Positions 49,626-60,592 are shown, counted from the first letter of the whole stretch. The stretch: DNA of 61,854 nucleotides, filler included, from 6 parts of 6 records of this genome joined end to end with filler, not necessarily neighbours in it; one strand, 5' to 3'. The notes: a model not told the origin generated them from the sequence alone. A program made the numbers and translations.

Positions 49626-52600
49626 TCACATGTACCACCTGCTGTACTTCTTCTCGATGATCCGAACAGCTCCTGCACACCCAGGCCACGCCGCGTCCTT
49701 GTCTGCAGCGGCACCCTGTCCAGCGAAAACCCCGTCTTGCACTGTGTATTCGTCGCCCTGAGCCGCAAGCGGTGGCTCTCGTCCTTGGACACCCACAGCT
49801 CCGGGCTTCGTGCCACATCCTTCAAGCACCAATACCTAGAAAACACGGACAACACATGTGCAGCGCAACATCCAGAACTGGTCATCAACCAGGATGGGCA
49901 CCCACGTTGGCACCTTCAGCTCACTCAAACGACGTACATCTGTGGCACCGTCAATCGCAAAGGTTGAGCCAGCGCCGCCGCCCCCATACGTTCCGTTGGT
50001 AAACCCCCCTCCACCTCCGCCATAAAATCCACCCCCACCGCCTCCACCGTACTCGTTGGCCCCGGCGCCGCCTTGGAATTCCCAACCATCACAACCACTG
50101 CGGTCATTCTCGTCCCCCTTGCCTCCTCGACCGCCCGTTGCCATTTCGGTGCTGGCTTTGCCGCCTCTTCGGAAGTCACTCTTCATACCTGGCATGTCAG
50201 TCCGCAAAGCATGCATGAGCAAGACGGAATAGTCGAAAGCACTGACCCGCACGGTACTGTCAACAACATGCCTCCAATCCGTTACTGTCGTCCAAGCAAA
50301 AGAACAGCACACACGGGTCGCAGTATTTTCCTCAAAACATACCGTCGTCATTAGCTCCAGCACCGTCGTGACTACCTGCGCCCCCACCACCGCCAGCAAC
50401 TAGGATAATCTCGTCGCCAAAAGGCCCTTTCCGCTGAAGGCAGGTGTACCCACCACCTCCGCCACATGTCACAAACGCGTTGGCGCTTCGTCCGTCGCCC
50501 CCGCCGGGAAAGCCTCCTGGCGACACTCCAATATGCACGTTCTGTTCGTCTTCTGACACGTTTTCTACCGACCCATAACCTCCCGCCTGCGAACCGAGTA
50601 TCATTGCACGCAGCGCTCACTCCACATCAAGGCAAAGGGGCTTCTCAGCAGTGCGGCCAATATGACTTAAAAACCTACCTGCCCACCGGATCCAACAGTA
50701 ATATACAGCGTCTCGCCGGGGTGCACGGGGATGATGGCTTCCAGGAAAGTTCCACCACCACCTGCCCCTGCTGCCATACCTCGGAGATGACCAGATGCGC
50801 CACCTCCACCCCAAAGCTGCACTTTCAATTCGCGTGCTTTACGCGGTACCTCAAATACGTGCCCATCTCCAGGCTCCGTAAAAACATGTACACCACGGGC
50901 CTGAACGTGGGTGCGCCAATGCTCAGCACGTTCTGTTGTTAGCATGGTCTCCTCGCAACCAGGCCAGCTACACTGAACACGGCGATACCTATTTTGCCAA
51001 CAGAATGCGTTCAATTTCACTAAGAATGCACCACACCTTGACTTGCTATCACTCGTCGCAAAGATGTCTTTGGACATTTCATTCAGCGTCGTGTCGCAAA
51101 CAAAGGTGCCTTTAAACATTTCATTCAGTGTCGTAGCGACAGCAAAAACTTGTCCAGCACAACGTACAGGCAGTTTTCTTCCTCATGCTCGCGCCGCTCG
51201 CGCTGCATTTGCAATGCTCGACTCCAGCCACCTTTAAAGACCCTTCCGCAACCATTCTGGCAATAAATCGGCTTGGCCTCCCGACGTGGACACTCGAATT
51301 CCTTGTGGTATTCCAGCTTGTCCCACACGATCAACTTTTTGCACAACAGCGGACACTCCACTTTGCGCTTCACACAGACTTTTTCGTGCTCGTCCCGAAC
51401 TTCAGTCCACTCTTCAGCGCTCATCACCACCTAAATTCAGCCAGTTGCAGACGTGTCGGCAAAATCCAGACAACTGCAAAAAAACGCGGCATCTATGGCA
51501 GAGTGCACAAGACACCACTTCAGCTCGCAGCACCCAATGTTCGCACCGTGCAGCCTTGATTTCGGCACGGCATAACTCGCTTCGTACAGATATCTTTCTC
51601 GTGGGTGCGTTGACCAGAGCCCATGTGCATCCAGGCACCACAGCCCCATTCACAGAGAACGAAGCGTTCCTCGCGGCGCAAGAACCCGCTGCTTACTGTT
51701 TGCATCATCCTCCGGATTCGAGGGCTGAGCAAGTCATTACAGCGCCACACGTTTAAAAGACAGCACACGAAATATATTGCAAACTCAGTTATGTGTCGCT
51801 CGTCTTGACAGAGACTTCGGCCGTGCAGCAATAACTGACGAACCCGAGGCGCTGCATTGCCCGCGCGACGTGCTCTTGCGTGAAAGTAACCGGTGGCACC
51901 CACAGACTTTCTTGTGTGTCATGATTGAAGTAATACAAGGCATTATCTTCGTGGGACACGCACTGCTCCCAATTTCCAAGACGGTGGCCGCCTTTTCATT
52001 TCGTGTGAGTAGCATAAAACAAATTGCAAGGAACACGATTCAGCAAACGTCCAAAAAAAAAAAAGTTTCTCCCACAGTTCATACCATACACACCGAGCCT
52101 TCCAGCTTCAAGGTCTTCGTCAAATTTTCTGCGGAAGTCCGCAAGCTGCTTCTCCGCCGCTACTACTCCTTCATGTCGCACCTGAACCATCTCATCGTTC
52201 GATGTGCGCGCGTGCAAAAGTAAATCATGAGGAACCTCCCACTGACAAAAGGTCGTCTTGATGTTGCGATAGTACTTGTACGTGATTTTCCGCTTCTCGG
52301 GTTCGTCATCCATCTCGACTCGGAACACATCCCAGTCATTTATTCGGCCCTCGTGTGCAGAGTACTTTTCAAGAAAGTCCCAGTATCTGTGCAATTTGGA
52401 ATAATTAGCTTTTTGTTAGGATTCAAACAGCCAGCAGTCGGCTTGCAGAACATTCGAGACCAAAGGTTCGCTTCGAAAATAAAGCTGCTTCAACAACTCA
52501 AATTCATTGCGCACATACGGTTTGCCCTCTTGCGCTGCTTCGCGGACAAGCATTGCGCGTGGCTTAAAATCTAACAGTATTTCTGGGGCTGAGGATTGTG

Positions 52601-55600
52601 GCGTGTAGCATAACTTTTTCGAGCGAGTGTCAAATATTTCACACCACCTGCATCGAGCGCCAGATGACCACGGTGAGAAACATGGACTACCAGTTTGTTT
52701 TGTTCGGGTTGCCTTTGGCTTTTCTCCAACAACCAAAGCTCAAAAGTCCCACCTACCCTCTGTTGTCACGTCGAACTAGGAAAGATCGAGCTCGTTTCTC
52801 AAACCAAGGATCTTCGTTTCCTTTGCGCGGGGCATCCTCCAGAGCGCATTGAGGGTCCATCGCACGTGCTTTTGCAAAGCTGCCTTTGCCACCCCCAAGC
52901 ACCACACCACGTTTCAATACAAGTGCTTCTGGTGACAGCCCCTTTTTATCAGTGAGATGAGCGTGGGCTCCTGCGAGATCGATCAGCACGTGCAGGCACT
53001 CCTCATGTCCGTCAGTGATACCCATTGCAGTCGGGTTGAAACAAGTGTGAATACACGTGCGACCGAGGTTGTTGCGGCGATTCACAAAGCTGGAGTAAAT
53101 AGTAAACCTGTTGGTACGAATGTGTCAAACGTAATGATTGCTTGTGCGATGGTGAACCGGACACCCTCGAACATGCTTGCAGCGGTTCCTGTTTATAGGT
53201 AGTCACCATGAAAGTGAGGAATGCCATCACAATGCCCGGCAAAATGTACCTTGTGATGTCCAAAAATGTAGAGACGGATATATGTTCAGATTGTGGCGTT
53301 GAGTCCTTCTCCTGGACAACTAAATCAAGAATAGTCTGTTGCGGGGTTGGAACCTTGGCACCGCAGTAGCAATGCAACACGGTCAGGCGTAAGCATGTCG
53401 AATCGCAGCTGGTAATCAATTCGTCTGCAGGAGAATCAATCATTTGCAGCCACTGGATTGAACTCACATATTTCCGTTGCTCGGGAGTCATGCTTTTGAT
53501 GTAGGCACGAATGCAATCCAGGAGCCACGGACGTTCAAAAGTTTGGGGCACATGCTCGTTTTTGCGGCTCGATATAAAGTCCCGGAAAACCTTTGCACAG
53601 TCGTCCTCAAAAGACCACGCAGAGTATATCAACTGCACTTTTTTAATTTGATACCTATGGACGAAACCGCAAACAGCGAAGGGATTATTCAGACCGTGGA
53701 AAACACAAGACAGAGGCAATGTGAAGCAAAATTGACCGCAATGCATTGCAACGTACGCAAGTAGCCATTGAAGGATTTGCGGTTGCCCAGCATCGGCAGC
53801 ACAGTGGATACACAAATTACCGTAGTTGTCAATTTGAATCATGTCCAAGCTTAGTTGCTGTGTGAGCAATTGAACAAGCGGAAGGCTTCCTGAGACTGCT
53901 GCATGATGCATTATGCCTTTGTTAACCTCATCACGTTGATCTGCAACGGTTGAATCTTTGGCGATGATTTTCTTCACAGACTCAACTGCCCCGCAGTATG
54001 CAGCAAAGTGCACTGGATACCTATGTTGGCACGCAACAATGACCACGTGGCGGCGGTTAACAATTAATTGTCATTGCTGGTCGCCATGGCACTCCAACGC
54101 CAAGGCATGTCAACACACCAATCTTTTCCAGCAATCTTGGTCGCTTTGTGTAAGTCTTGACCCGCGGCAAGGAAGTTCTCCATATGGCTGGCGTCGTCGT
54201 CCCTTGCGCATTCAAAAATGTCATACTTGCGTCCTCCAAGCGGCAAAGAGTCACCTTGAACGAAAACCATCTTTGCAATCTGGCTTGCTACAAATCTATG
54301 ACGATGTTTCAAAACAAAAAATGACAAGAATGTCGTCGATGAAGCAAATGCAGCAGTAAACATCACAACGCTTACGCTCGCTCTCAAGGTGTGATTGTGT
54401 TCAGAAGTGTATGATGGTGATTTCAGCCAATTTGCAGTCAACTTACTCATTCAGTTCGGCAGGAAATTTGAAGGGGTCTCGTTCCAGCACATCCAGCAAA
54501 ATGGGACCGTCAATAAACATGGCGCGACACTTCTTGACCCACAGTACGAATGGAATCGGAAAATCTTCCAAAGAGGCATATCGACCATTTGGTGGAAAAC
54601 GCATTTGAGACCCATTTGCATGAAAAGCAGCCAAGCCACTCTCGAGGTTGCCGCTGGCTGTCGCTCCACTGCTATGACTATGGCCGCTGACACTTTCTGC
54701 GTCATCTTGCGGAATGTCTGCCTGAGCAGATGTGGAAGTCAGCTGAATAAGTAAATTGAAAGCCTTCACGAAATCCATCACCCTGTGGTTTTTGTAGGGG
54801 AAGAAGCCCTTGTTGAACAGTTTGCCAAGCGCTTTCGTAGATGGGACCCCAGCGCAAATATTGTTCTTCAGCCATTCTTCCCACTCCGGTGGGATGTCTC
54901 CAGGCGTATACTTGGCACCAGGAGCATTCTCCCGCAAATTGATTAGCGCCATCGTCGCTGCTTTAAACTTTGCTGCACGCGTCGTGCGCCCGATTCCATC
55001 AAAGTACCGGGATTCCTTGACCGTTATGGTTTCCTCCCCGACTACCTCGTGAAACGAGCCCGACACACCCACCTCCATGACGTATTGCTTCGGGTTCCAG
55101 GAGTCTTCTTCCCGCGTCTCAATAAGTTGATAGAAGACATCTAACTTGCGCTTCCGAGCTTCCTGCTCGAGGGCCACACACGGTGTCTTGACAAGTTTTT
55201 TCAACACGTTGGAGAACTTTGCCGTGCGGGAGTGGTCGACCTTGAAGTCGGCAAACATTCCGACAAACTCGTCCCATTCGAGTGCGCCACTGTTGTTCTC
55301 ATCAACCTCCTCGACTAATTTCTTCAACACGTCCATTTCAATGTCCTCGCCGAGGGCCGCGAATACCTTGGACAGCTCGGCAACACTGATAGTGCCAGAG
55401 AGGTCTTCGTCAAAGTCCAGGAACCGGTCCTGCAGATCTTCCACCTCGAATGGGCTGAAGAACGAGGCGTAGCGCTCGGGCACGACTAATTTCTCAAGCA
55501 TGGCTTTCTTGTTCGCAGCGAATTCATCAGCCTGCTGCTCTGCACGCACTTTCTGTAGCGCCTCCGCGTCCTCCTCCGTCACTTTCGGCCCCTCCTCATC

Positions 55601-55630
55601 CTCCAGCAACCACGCGTCAAGGCCGCTCAT
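49626..55630 (-). CDS. Spliced eukaryotic multidomain gene (~1424 aa): EF-hand pair, dsRBD-like, ankyrin repeats, WW domains, TRAF-type Zn fingers, Gly-rich domain
   Basis: Hand-built exons: 55630-54447, 54295-54119, 54020-53757, 53654-53468, 53353-53250, 53089-52757, 52647-52519, 52386-52094, 51991-51844, 51724-51547, 51430-51168, 50988-50679, 50586-50343, 50188-49938, 49835-49626. All 14 introns are GT..AG (92-179 nt) and phases are consistent; CDS totals 4275 nt. Confidence 0.8.
51059..51140. repeat. Diverged 42-bp tandem duplication inside an intron
   Basis: CAAAGATGTCTTTGGACATTTCATTCAGCGTCGT at 51059 and CAAAGGTGCCTTTAAACATTTCATTCAGTGTCGT at 51101. Confidence 0.7.
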
Positions 55631-55668
55631 GATTCGTCCACACTCTCAAGCGCACTCTCTTTCAATTG

Positions 55669-55693
55669 CACACACACACACACACACACACAC
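55669..55693. repeat. (CA)n microsatellite at contig end
   Basis: Uninterrupted CA run upstream of the eukaryotic ATG. Confidence 0.9.
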
Positions 55694-55793
55694 NNNNNNN
55701 NNNNNNNNNNNNNNNNNNNNNNNNNNNNNNNNNNNNNTTAATTAATTAANNNNNNNNNNNNNNNNNNNNNNNNNNNNNNNNNNNNNNNNNNNN
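55694..55793. other. Artificial contig spacer
   Basis: N44-TTAATTAATTAA-N44. Confidence 0.99.
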
Positions 55794-55823
55794 AAGCTCA
55801 GTTCGACAAGCTCAGTTCGACAA
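55794..55823. repeat. Tandem 14-bp repeat, fragment of a Bacteroidota REP-like element
   Basis: AAGCTCAGTTCGAC twice at the contig start. Confidence 0.6.
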
Positions 55824-55893
55824 CTACATATTACTTTTTCAAAAAACCTCTTTTTTAGTTTCAAACATTTTTACTTCAAAAAAATAAATTGAA

Positions 55894-56040
55894 ATGATTA
55901 AAGTACAAATAGTAGGATTAATCATTCTTCTTCTAAGTCTTGCAGCTTATTTTTTTATGAATATAGAAGGTTTTTGGATTGGAGCAAGTACAGGAATTGG
56001 AGCTGGACTTCTTATAATTGGGAAACTTAAAAAAGTTTAG
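55894..56040 (+). CDS. Small two-TM membrane protein (48 aa)
   Basis: MIKVQIVGLIILLLSLAAYFFMNIEGFWIGASTGIGAGLLIIGKLKKV*, with an A-rich leader; below the ORF-track cutoff. Confidence 0.6.
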   Translation: MIKVQIVGLIILLLSLAAYFFMNIEGFWIGASTGIGAGLLIIGKLKKV

Positions 56041-56072
56041 TAATTAACTTTTTTAAGGAGTTAGGCAGCATT

Positions 56073-56140
56073 TGGAGAAATCAAATTTCGTATGGGAAAA
56101 AGGAAATGCAAGCGAAGTTGCAATAATTGATTATCATTAA
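56073..56140 (+). pseudogene. higB: HigB toxin, C-terminal remnant
   Basis: FVWEKGNASEVAIIDYH* (56087-56140) just before higA; the rest of the gene is missing. Confidence 0.72.
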
Positions 56141-56151
56141 AAAATATAAAA

Positions 56152-56454
56152 ATGGGAAAGTTAGCAAATGTACATCCTGGAGAAATCTTGAATTACGAAT
56201 TTCTTGAACCATTGGAAATCACCGCATACCGCCTTTCCAAGGACTTGAAAATTCCGCAAACCCGAATTTCGGAAATCATTAAAGGAAATCGCAGAATTAC
56301 TGCGGACACAGCTTTACGATTGAGCAAATATTTTGGAAATTCTGCAAAATTCTGGCTTGGAATTCAAGACGATTTTGATATTGAGGAAGAAAAAGAATCG
56401 AAAGAATTGGAACTGAACGAAATAAAACATTTCGAAAATAAAAACATTATTTAA
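56152..56454 (+). CDS. higA: HigA-family antitoxin
   Basis: HPGEIL..EFLEPL, RISEIIKGNRRITADTALRLSKYFG and FWLGIQ motifs. Confidence 0.93.
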   Translation: MGKLANVHPGEILNYEFLEPLEITAYRLSKDLKIPQTRISEIIKGNRRITADTALRLSKYFGNSAKFWLGIQDDFDIEEEKESKELELNEIKHFENKNII

Positions 56455-56533
56455 AAGCAAGCAACTACGGCTTGCATAAAAAGGTTAGGAAGTAAAAATC
56501 AACTACTTCGGTGGAAATTCAAAGAAAACATAT

Positions 56534-57208
56534 TTAACTCATTTCAAATAAAGTAGTAACAATAACCTCTTTGCCTTCTTTTAAGGAAATTGATAGTAAT
56601 TGTTTCTCTTTTTTTATTTTTAAATTGAAGGGAGGTATCAATAAGTTCAAACCACTCTGCTTTTTTAGTCGAATTCCCTGTCCAGAAATAATATCTTTAT
56701 TGGGCTCAAAACTACCGTTAGGCAGATGCTCTGTTAGAATAACATATTTATAAGCTGATAATTTACTTATTATACTTTGAACCTCTTTATTTGATAAATG
56801 CTGAAGCACTTGCCTAATTAAAACAATATCGGCAGTAGGCAAACTATCGGTTGCAATATCCAAACATTCAAAAGTTAAATTATCTTGAGTAAAAACTTCT
56901 TGATTCCGTTTAATAAGTCCTTCAACTATATCTACTCCAATATACCTTTTAGTGTACTTTACTAAATATTTCCCTACATTAAAATCGCCACACCCTAAAT
57001 CGCATACCACAGGAGGAAAATCAAAAGACTTTAAGAAAGATTGAATAGTTTCAATATAAGGTTTTACTATTTCTGGATGATGAGAGCCCTCCCCAGAATA
57101 ATAATCAGCATTATTACCTCCCCAAAGATTTAATGTATAGATCTGTTCCATAGCATCTTTTGTTGGCCATGGTTTTTTAGTTTTAGTAGTAATACGCTTA
57201 CTTTTCAC
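56534..57208 (-). CDS. Class I SAM-dependent methyltransferase
   Basis: YSGEGS, VCDLGCGDF, YIGVDIV and RQVLQHL motifs. Confidence 0.88.
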   Translation of the reverse strand: MKSKRITTKTKKPWPTKDAMEQIYTLNLWGGNNADYYSGEGSHHPEIVKPYIETIQSFLKSFDFPPVVCDLGCGDFNVGKYLVKYTKRYIGVDIVEGLIKRNQEVFTQDNLTFECLDIATDSLPTADIVLIRQVLQHLSNKEVQSIISKLSAYKYVILTEHLPNGSFEPNKDIISGQGIRLKKQSGLNLLIPPFNLKIKKEKQLLSISLKEGKEVIVTTLFEMS

Positions 57209-57284
57209 TCGGTAAAAACTTTAAAGCAAGATAGCACAACTAAACAAAAGCATAAAAATAAAAAACACCTCTTATGCTGAGCGA

Positions 57285-58982
57285 CTAATGTGAGACCGCT
57301 TCTCCAGCACCACTAGGAATACGAATATCTTCAACAATATCAACTATCTCCTTAGGCGGAGCTTTGGTAAATCTAGATACTATAATTGCTGTAACAAAAT
57401 TTAAAATCATTCCGATAGAACCAAATCCTTCAGGTGAAATTCCAAACCACCAATCTTTTTCTTCAGAAGTATTAATCGTTCCAATCCAATGTAATCTGAA
57501 GCGAGCAATATAATACAAGGTAATAGCAAGTCCTACAACCATTCCTGCTATTGCTCCTTCTTTGTTCATTCTTTTAGAAAAAATGCCTAATACAATAGCT
57601 GGAAAAAATGAAGCTGCCGCTAAACCAAAAGCTAAAGCAACAACAGAAGCCACATAGCCTGGTGGATGAATCCCGAAATATCCTGCAACACAAACGGCTA
57701 CTAATGCAGCGCCTCTAGCAGCCCACAATTCTTGTTTCTCATCAATATCGGGCATGACCATCTTTTTAAGTAAATCGTGCGATACAGAAGAGGATATTAC
57801 CAATAACAATCCGGCTGCAGTTGATAATGCAGCTGCTAAACCTCCAGCAGCTAATAATGCTATTACCCAATTTGGTAAGTCTGCAATTTCTGGGTTGGCG
57901 AGCACCATAATATCTCGATCTATTTCAAGCTCATTAATAGTTGTATCTGCAACATATTGTATGGTGCCATCATTATTTTTATCAGTAAAAGTTAATAGAC
58001 CAGTAGCTTCCCATTTAGAAAACCATTCGGGCATGCTCCCATAAGGTTGATTACTTACTGTTTGAATTAAATTAGTACGAGCAAAAACTGCAATTGCAGG
58101 CGCTGTAGTATACAATATTCCTATAAAAAGAAGGGCATAAAGTCCCGATTTACGAGCATCTTTTACTTTTGGAACTGTAAAAAAGCGAACTATTACATGT
58201 GGCAATCCCGCAGTCCCCATCATTAAGGCAGCGGTAATAAAAAACACATCAATTTTGGATTTTGACCCTGAAGTATATTCATGAAATCCCAATTCTGCTT
58301 GAAGTCCATCCAATTTGTCTAATAAATACGTTCCATCTGCAAGTTGCCCCCCTAAACCTAATTGTGGGATTGGATTTCCCGTCATTTGAATAGAAATGAA
58401 AATTGCAGGAACCATAAAAGCAAATATTAAAATACAATATTGAGCTACTTGGGTGTAAGTAATACCTTTCATTCCACCGAGAACGGCATAAAACAAAACA
58501 ATTGCCATTCCAATATAGACCCCAGTATTTACATCTACTTCCAAAAACCTAGAAAAAACCACTCCCACTCCCCGCATCTGACCAGCTACATAGGTAAAAG
58601 AAACAAAAAGAGCACATACCACAGCTACTAAACGTGCTGTTTTAGAATAATACCTGTCGCCAATGAAATCTGGAACAGTGAATTTTCCAAATTTTCTGAG
58701 GTAAGGAGCTAATAATAATGCCAATAAAACATAACCTCCTGTCCACCCCATTAAAAAAACAGATCCATCATAACCAGCAAAAGAAATAATTCCAGCCATG
58801 GAAATAAAAGAGGCAGCCGACATCCAATCGGCGGCTGTTGCCATTCCATTTGCTAAAGGAGAAACCCCTCCTCCAGCAACATAAAAGTCTTTGGTAGATC
58901 CTGCACGACTCCAAATAGCTATTCCAATATATAACGCAAAGGTAATTCCAACAAGTAGATAGGTTAGTAATTGAACTGACAT
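57285..58982 (-). CDS. Sodium:solute symporter, ActP-related
   Basis: NGMATAADWMSAASF, GTAGLPHVIVRFFTV and AAALSTAAGLLL motifs. Confidence 0.92.
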   Translation of the reverse strand: MSVQLLTYLLVGITFALYIGIAIWSRAGSTKDFYVAGGGVSPLANGMATAADWMSAASFISMAGIISFAGYDGSVFLMGWTGGYVLLALLLAPYLRKFGKFTVPDFIGDRYYSKTARLVAVVCALFVSFTYVAGQMRGVGVVFSRFLEVDVNTGVYIGMAIVLFYAVLGGMKGITYTQVAQYCILIFAFMVPAIFISIQMTGNPIPQLGLGGQLADGTYLLDKLDGLQAELGFHEYTSGSKSKIDVFFITAALMMGTAGLPHVIVRFFTVPKVKDARKSGLYALLFIGILYTTAPAIAVFARTNLIQTVSNQPYGSMPEWFSKWEATGLLTFTDKNNDGTIQYVADTTINELEIDRDIMVLANPEIADLPNWVIALLAAGGLAAALSTAAGLLLVISSSVSHDLLKKMVMPDIDEKQELWAARGAALVAVCVAGYFGIHPPGYVASVVALAFGLAAASFFPAIVLGIFSKRMNKEGAIAGMVVGLAITLYYIARFRLHWIGTINTSEEKDWWFGISPEGFGSIGMILNFVTAIIVSRFTKAPPKEIVDIVEDIRIPSGAGEAVSH

Positions 58983-58989
58983 AGGTAGT

Positions 58990-59244
58990 TTATTCGTTTA
59001 GGTTGTATTTTTTATCCAATCGATTCATTAAAACGACATATACTAAAATCAGAATAATAAAAACATAAATAGATCCTTGCTGAGCAAACCAAAAGCCTAA
59101 TTTAAAACCACCAAGCTTGATTTTATTCAACTCGTCTACTAAAATAATTCCAAATCCGAAGGAGACTAAAAACCATATAGAAAGTAAGATGAAAAGGTAT
59201 TTTAAATTCTCTTTCCAATACCTTTCTTTAGTAAGCTGACTCAT
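58990..59244 (-). CDS. DUF4212 small membrane partner of the symporter
   Basis: YWKENL..LSIWFLVSFG..GFWFAQQGSIYVF. Confidence 0.9.
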   Translation of the reverse strand: MSQLTKERYWKENLKYLFILLSIWFLVSFGFGIILVDELNKIKLGGFKLGFWFAQQGSIYVFIILILVYVVLMNRLDKKYNLNE

Positions 59245-59355
59245 ATATTATCATTTTAAAAACAATAATACATTTTTTTTATTAAAAAATTAAAAATTTG
59301 ACTTCTTGAAGATTAAAATATTATCAAATTAACAATTTAACAGGTAATTGTATAT

Positions 59356-59388
59356 AAAAAGAGGCAACAAAACTGTTACCTCTTTTTT
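59356..59388. terminator. Bidirectional intrinsic terminator
   Basis: AAAAAGAGGCAACA-AAAC-TGTTACCTCTTTTTT. Confidence 0.75.
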
Positions 59389-59431
59389 AATTAGCAAAAA
59401 CTAGTGGGGGAAATGTTCTTTTTTGGGGCAT

Positions 59432-59569
59432 TTAGAACATTAAAAGTTTTTTGGCTATTAACATTAAACTTTTCATTAATGTAATCGTTCCTTTAACATT
59501 TGCACTTAAAACATTAAAGAATGATTGACTTTGTTGGTTGTCTTCATAGGTTAAAGCATGGTCTGTCAT
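59432..59569 (-). CDS. Putative small protein (45 aa)
   Basis: MTDHALTYEDNQQSQSFFNVLSANVKGTITLMKSLMLIAKKLLMF*, with a promoter-like box upstream and a terminator downstream. Confidence 0.5.
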   Translation of the reverse strand: MTDHALTYEDNQQSQSFFNVLSANVKGTITLMKSLMLIAKKLLMF

Positions 59570-59731
59570 TATTCTAATAATTAAGTAGGTTAGTAATATT
59601 TTTATGACTTTAGGAACATGAAACTATAACACTTCCTTGGGAAAAACACATTTTTGTTGTGAATCTCTCAAATCTTGTTGTCAAAATAAAATTTTATATG
59701 TTTTAGCACAATAATCCCTTTTTGACGGTGG

Positions 59732-59739
59732 CAAATCTA
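59732..59739 (-). promoter_or_regulatory. Bacteroidota -7 promoter box
   Basis: TAGATTTG matches TAnnTTTG; no clear -33 box seen. Confidence 0.45.
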
Positions 59740-59932
59740 AAATAAATAATGAATTATCGGATATAGAGATATAAAAATTCGATGAAATACACTTTTAAAA
59801 AAACTGTTCTTAACACTATCTTGGTAAGCCCAGACAGTAGGCATTCAAACAAAATAAATTTAACTCATTTATACACAGAGAGTTTAAGCAAACATGAGAC
59901 AGACTACAAGGAGTTAAACCCTAATAATTGAT

Positions 59933-60589
59933 TTACAAAACCATTTCTGGCGTGTTTTCATTAACAATAAGCCTCCCAGCTGTAGCATTTTTAATTTCAT
60001 CAACAGAAACCCCAGGAGCTCGTTCTAACAATAGAAATCCATCTTTAGTTACCTCCAAAACAGCAAGATTAGTTACTATCTTTTTCACACATTTAACCCC
60101 CGTTAACGGAAGCGAACATTCTTTTAATAACTTAGACTCTCCAGCACGATTGGTATGCATCATAGCAACAATTATATTTTCTGCGGAAGCTACCAAATCC
60201 ATTGCTCCTCCCATTCCTTTTACCATTTTTCCAGGAATTTTCCAGTTGGCAATGTCGCCATTCTCCGCCACTTCCATTGCTCCAAGAATAGTTAAATCTA
60301 CATGTTGCCCACGAATCATCCCAAAGCTTAAAGAAGAATCAAAAAAAGAAGCTCCTTTTAACGTAGTAATGGTTTGCTTTCCTGCATTAATAATATCAGC
60401 ATCTTCTTCTCCTTCAAAAGGAAATGGTCCCATTCCCAAAACGCCATTCTCACTTTGAAATTCTACCGAAATATCATCCCGTACATAATTAGCAACTAAC
60501 GTAGGGATTCCGATTCCTAAATTTACATAATACCCGTCTTTAACTTCCTTGGCAATACGCTGCGCTATTTGTTCTTTATTTAAACTCAT
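59933..60589 (-). CDS. scoB: 3-oxoacid CoA-transferase subunit B
   Basis: VNLGIGIPT, QSENG (catalytic Glu) and GMGGAMDLV motifs. Confidence 0.95.
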   Translation of the reverse strand: MSLNKEQIAQRIAKEVKDGYYVNLGIGIPTLVANYVRDDISVEFQSENGVLGMGPFPFEGEEDADIINAGKQTITTLKGASFFDSSLSFGMIRGQHVDLTILGAMEVAENGDIANWKIPGKMVKGMGGAMDLVASAENIIVAMMHTNRAGESKLLKECSLPLTGVKCVKKIVTNLAVLEVTKDGFLLLERAPGVSVDEIKNATAGRLIVNENTPEMVL

Positions 60590-60592
60590 AAT

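Noticed and set aside
49626-55630. Alternative genetic code or frameshifted pseudogene as the cause of the fragmented ORFs
   Set aside because: Canonical GT-AG introns join all fragments into one standard-code frame.
49224-55693. Eukaryote-to-bacterium transfer or giant-virus origin
   Set aside because: It is a separate contig bounded by spacers; dense spliceosomal introns and NOP10 indicate a nuclear genome.
55794-55823. 14-bp tandem repeat as CRISPR or iteron
   Set aside because: Two units with no spacer at a contig edge; fits a REP-like fragment.
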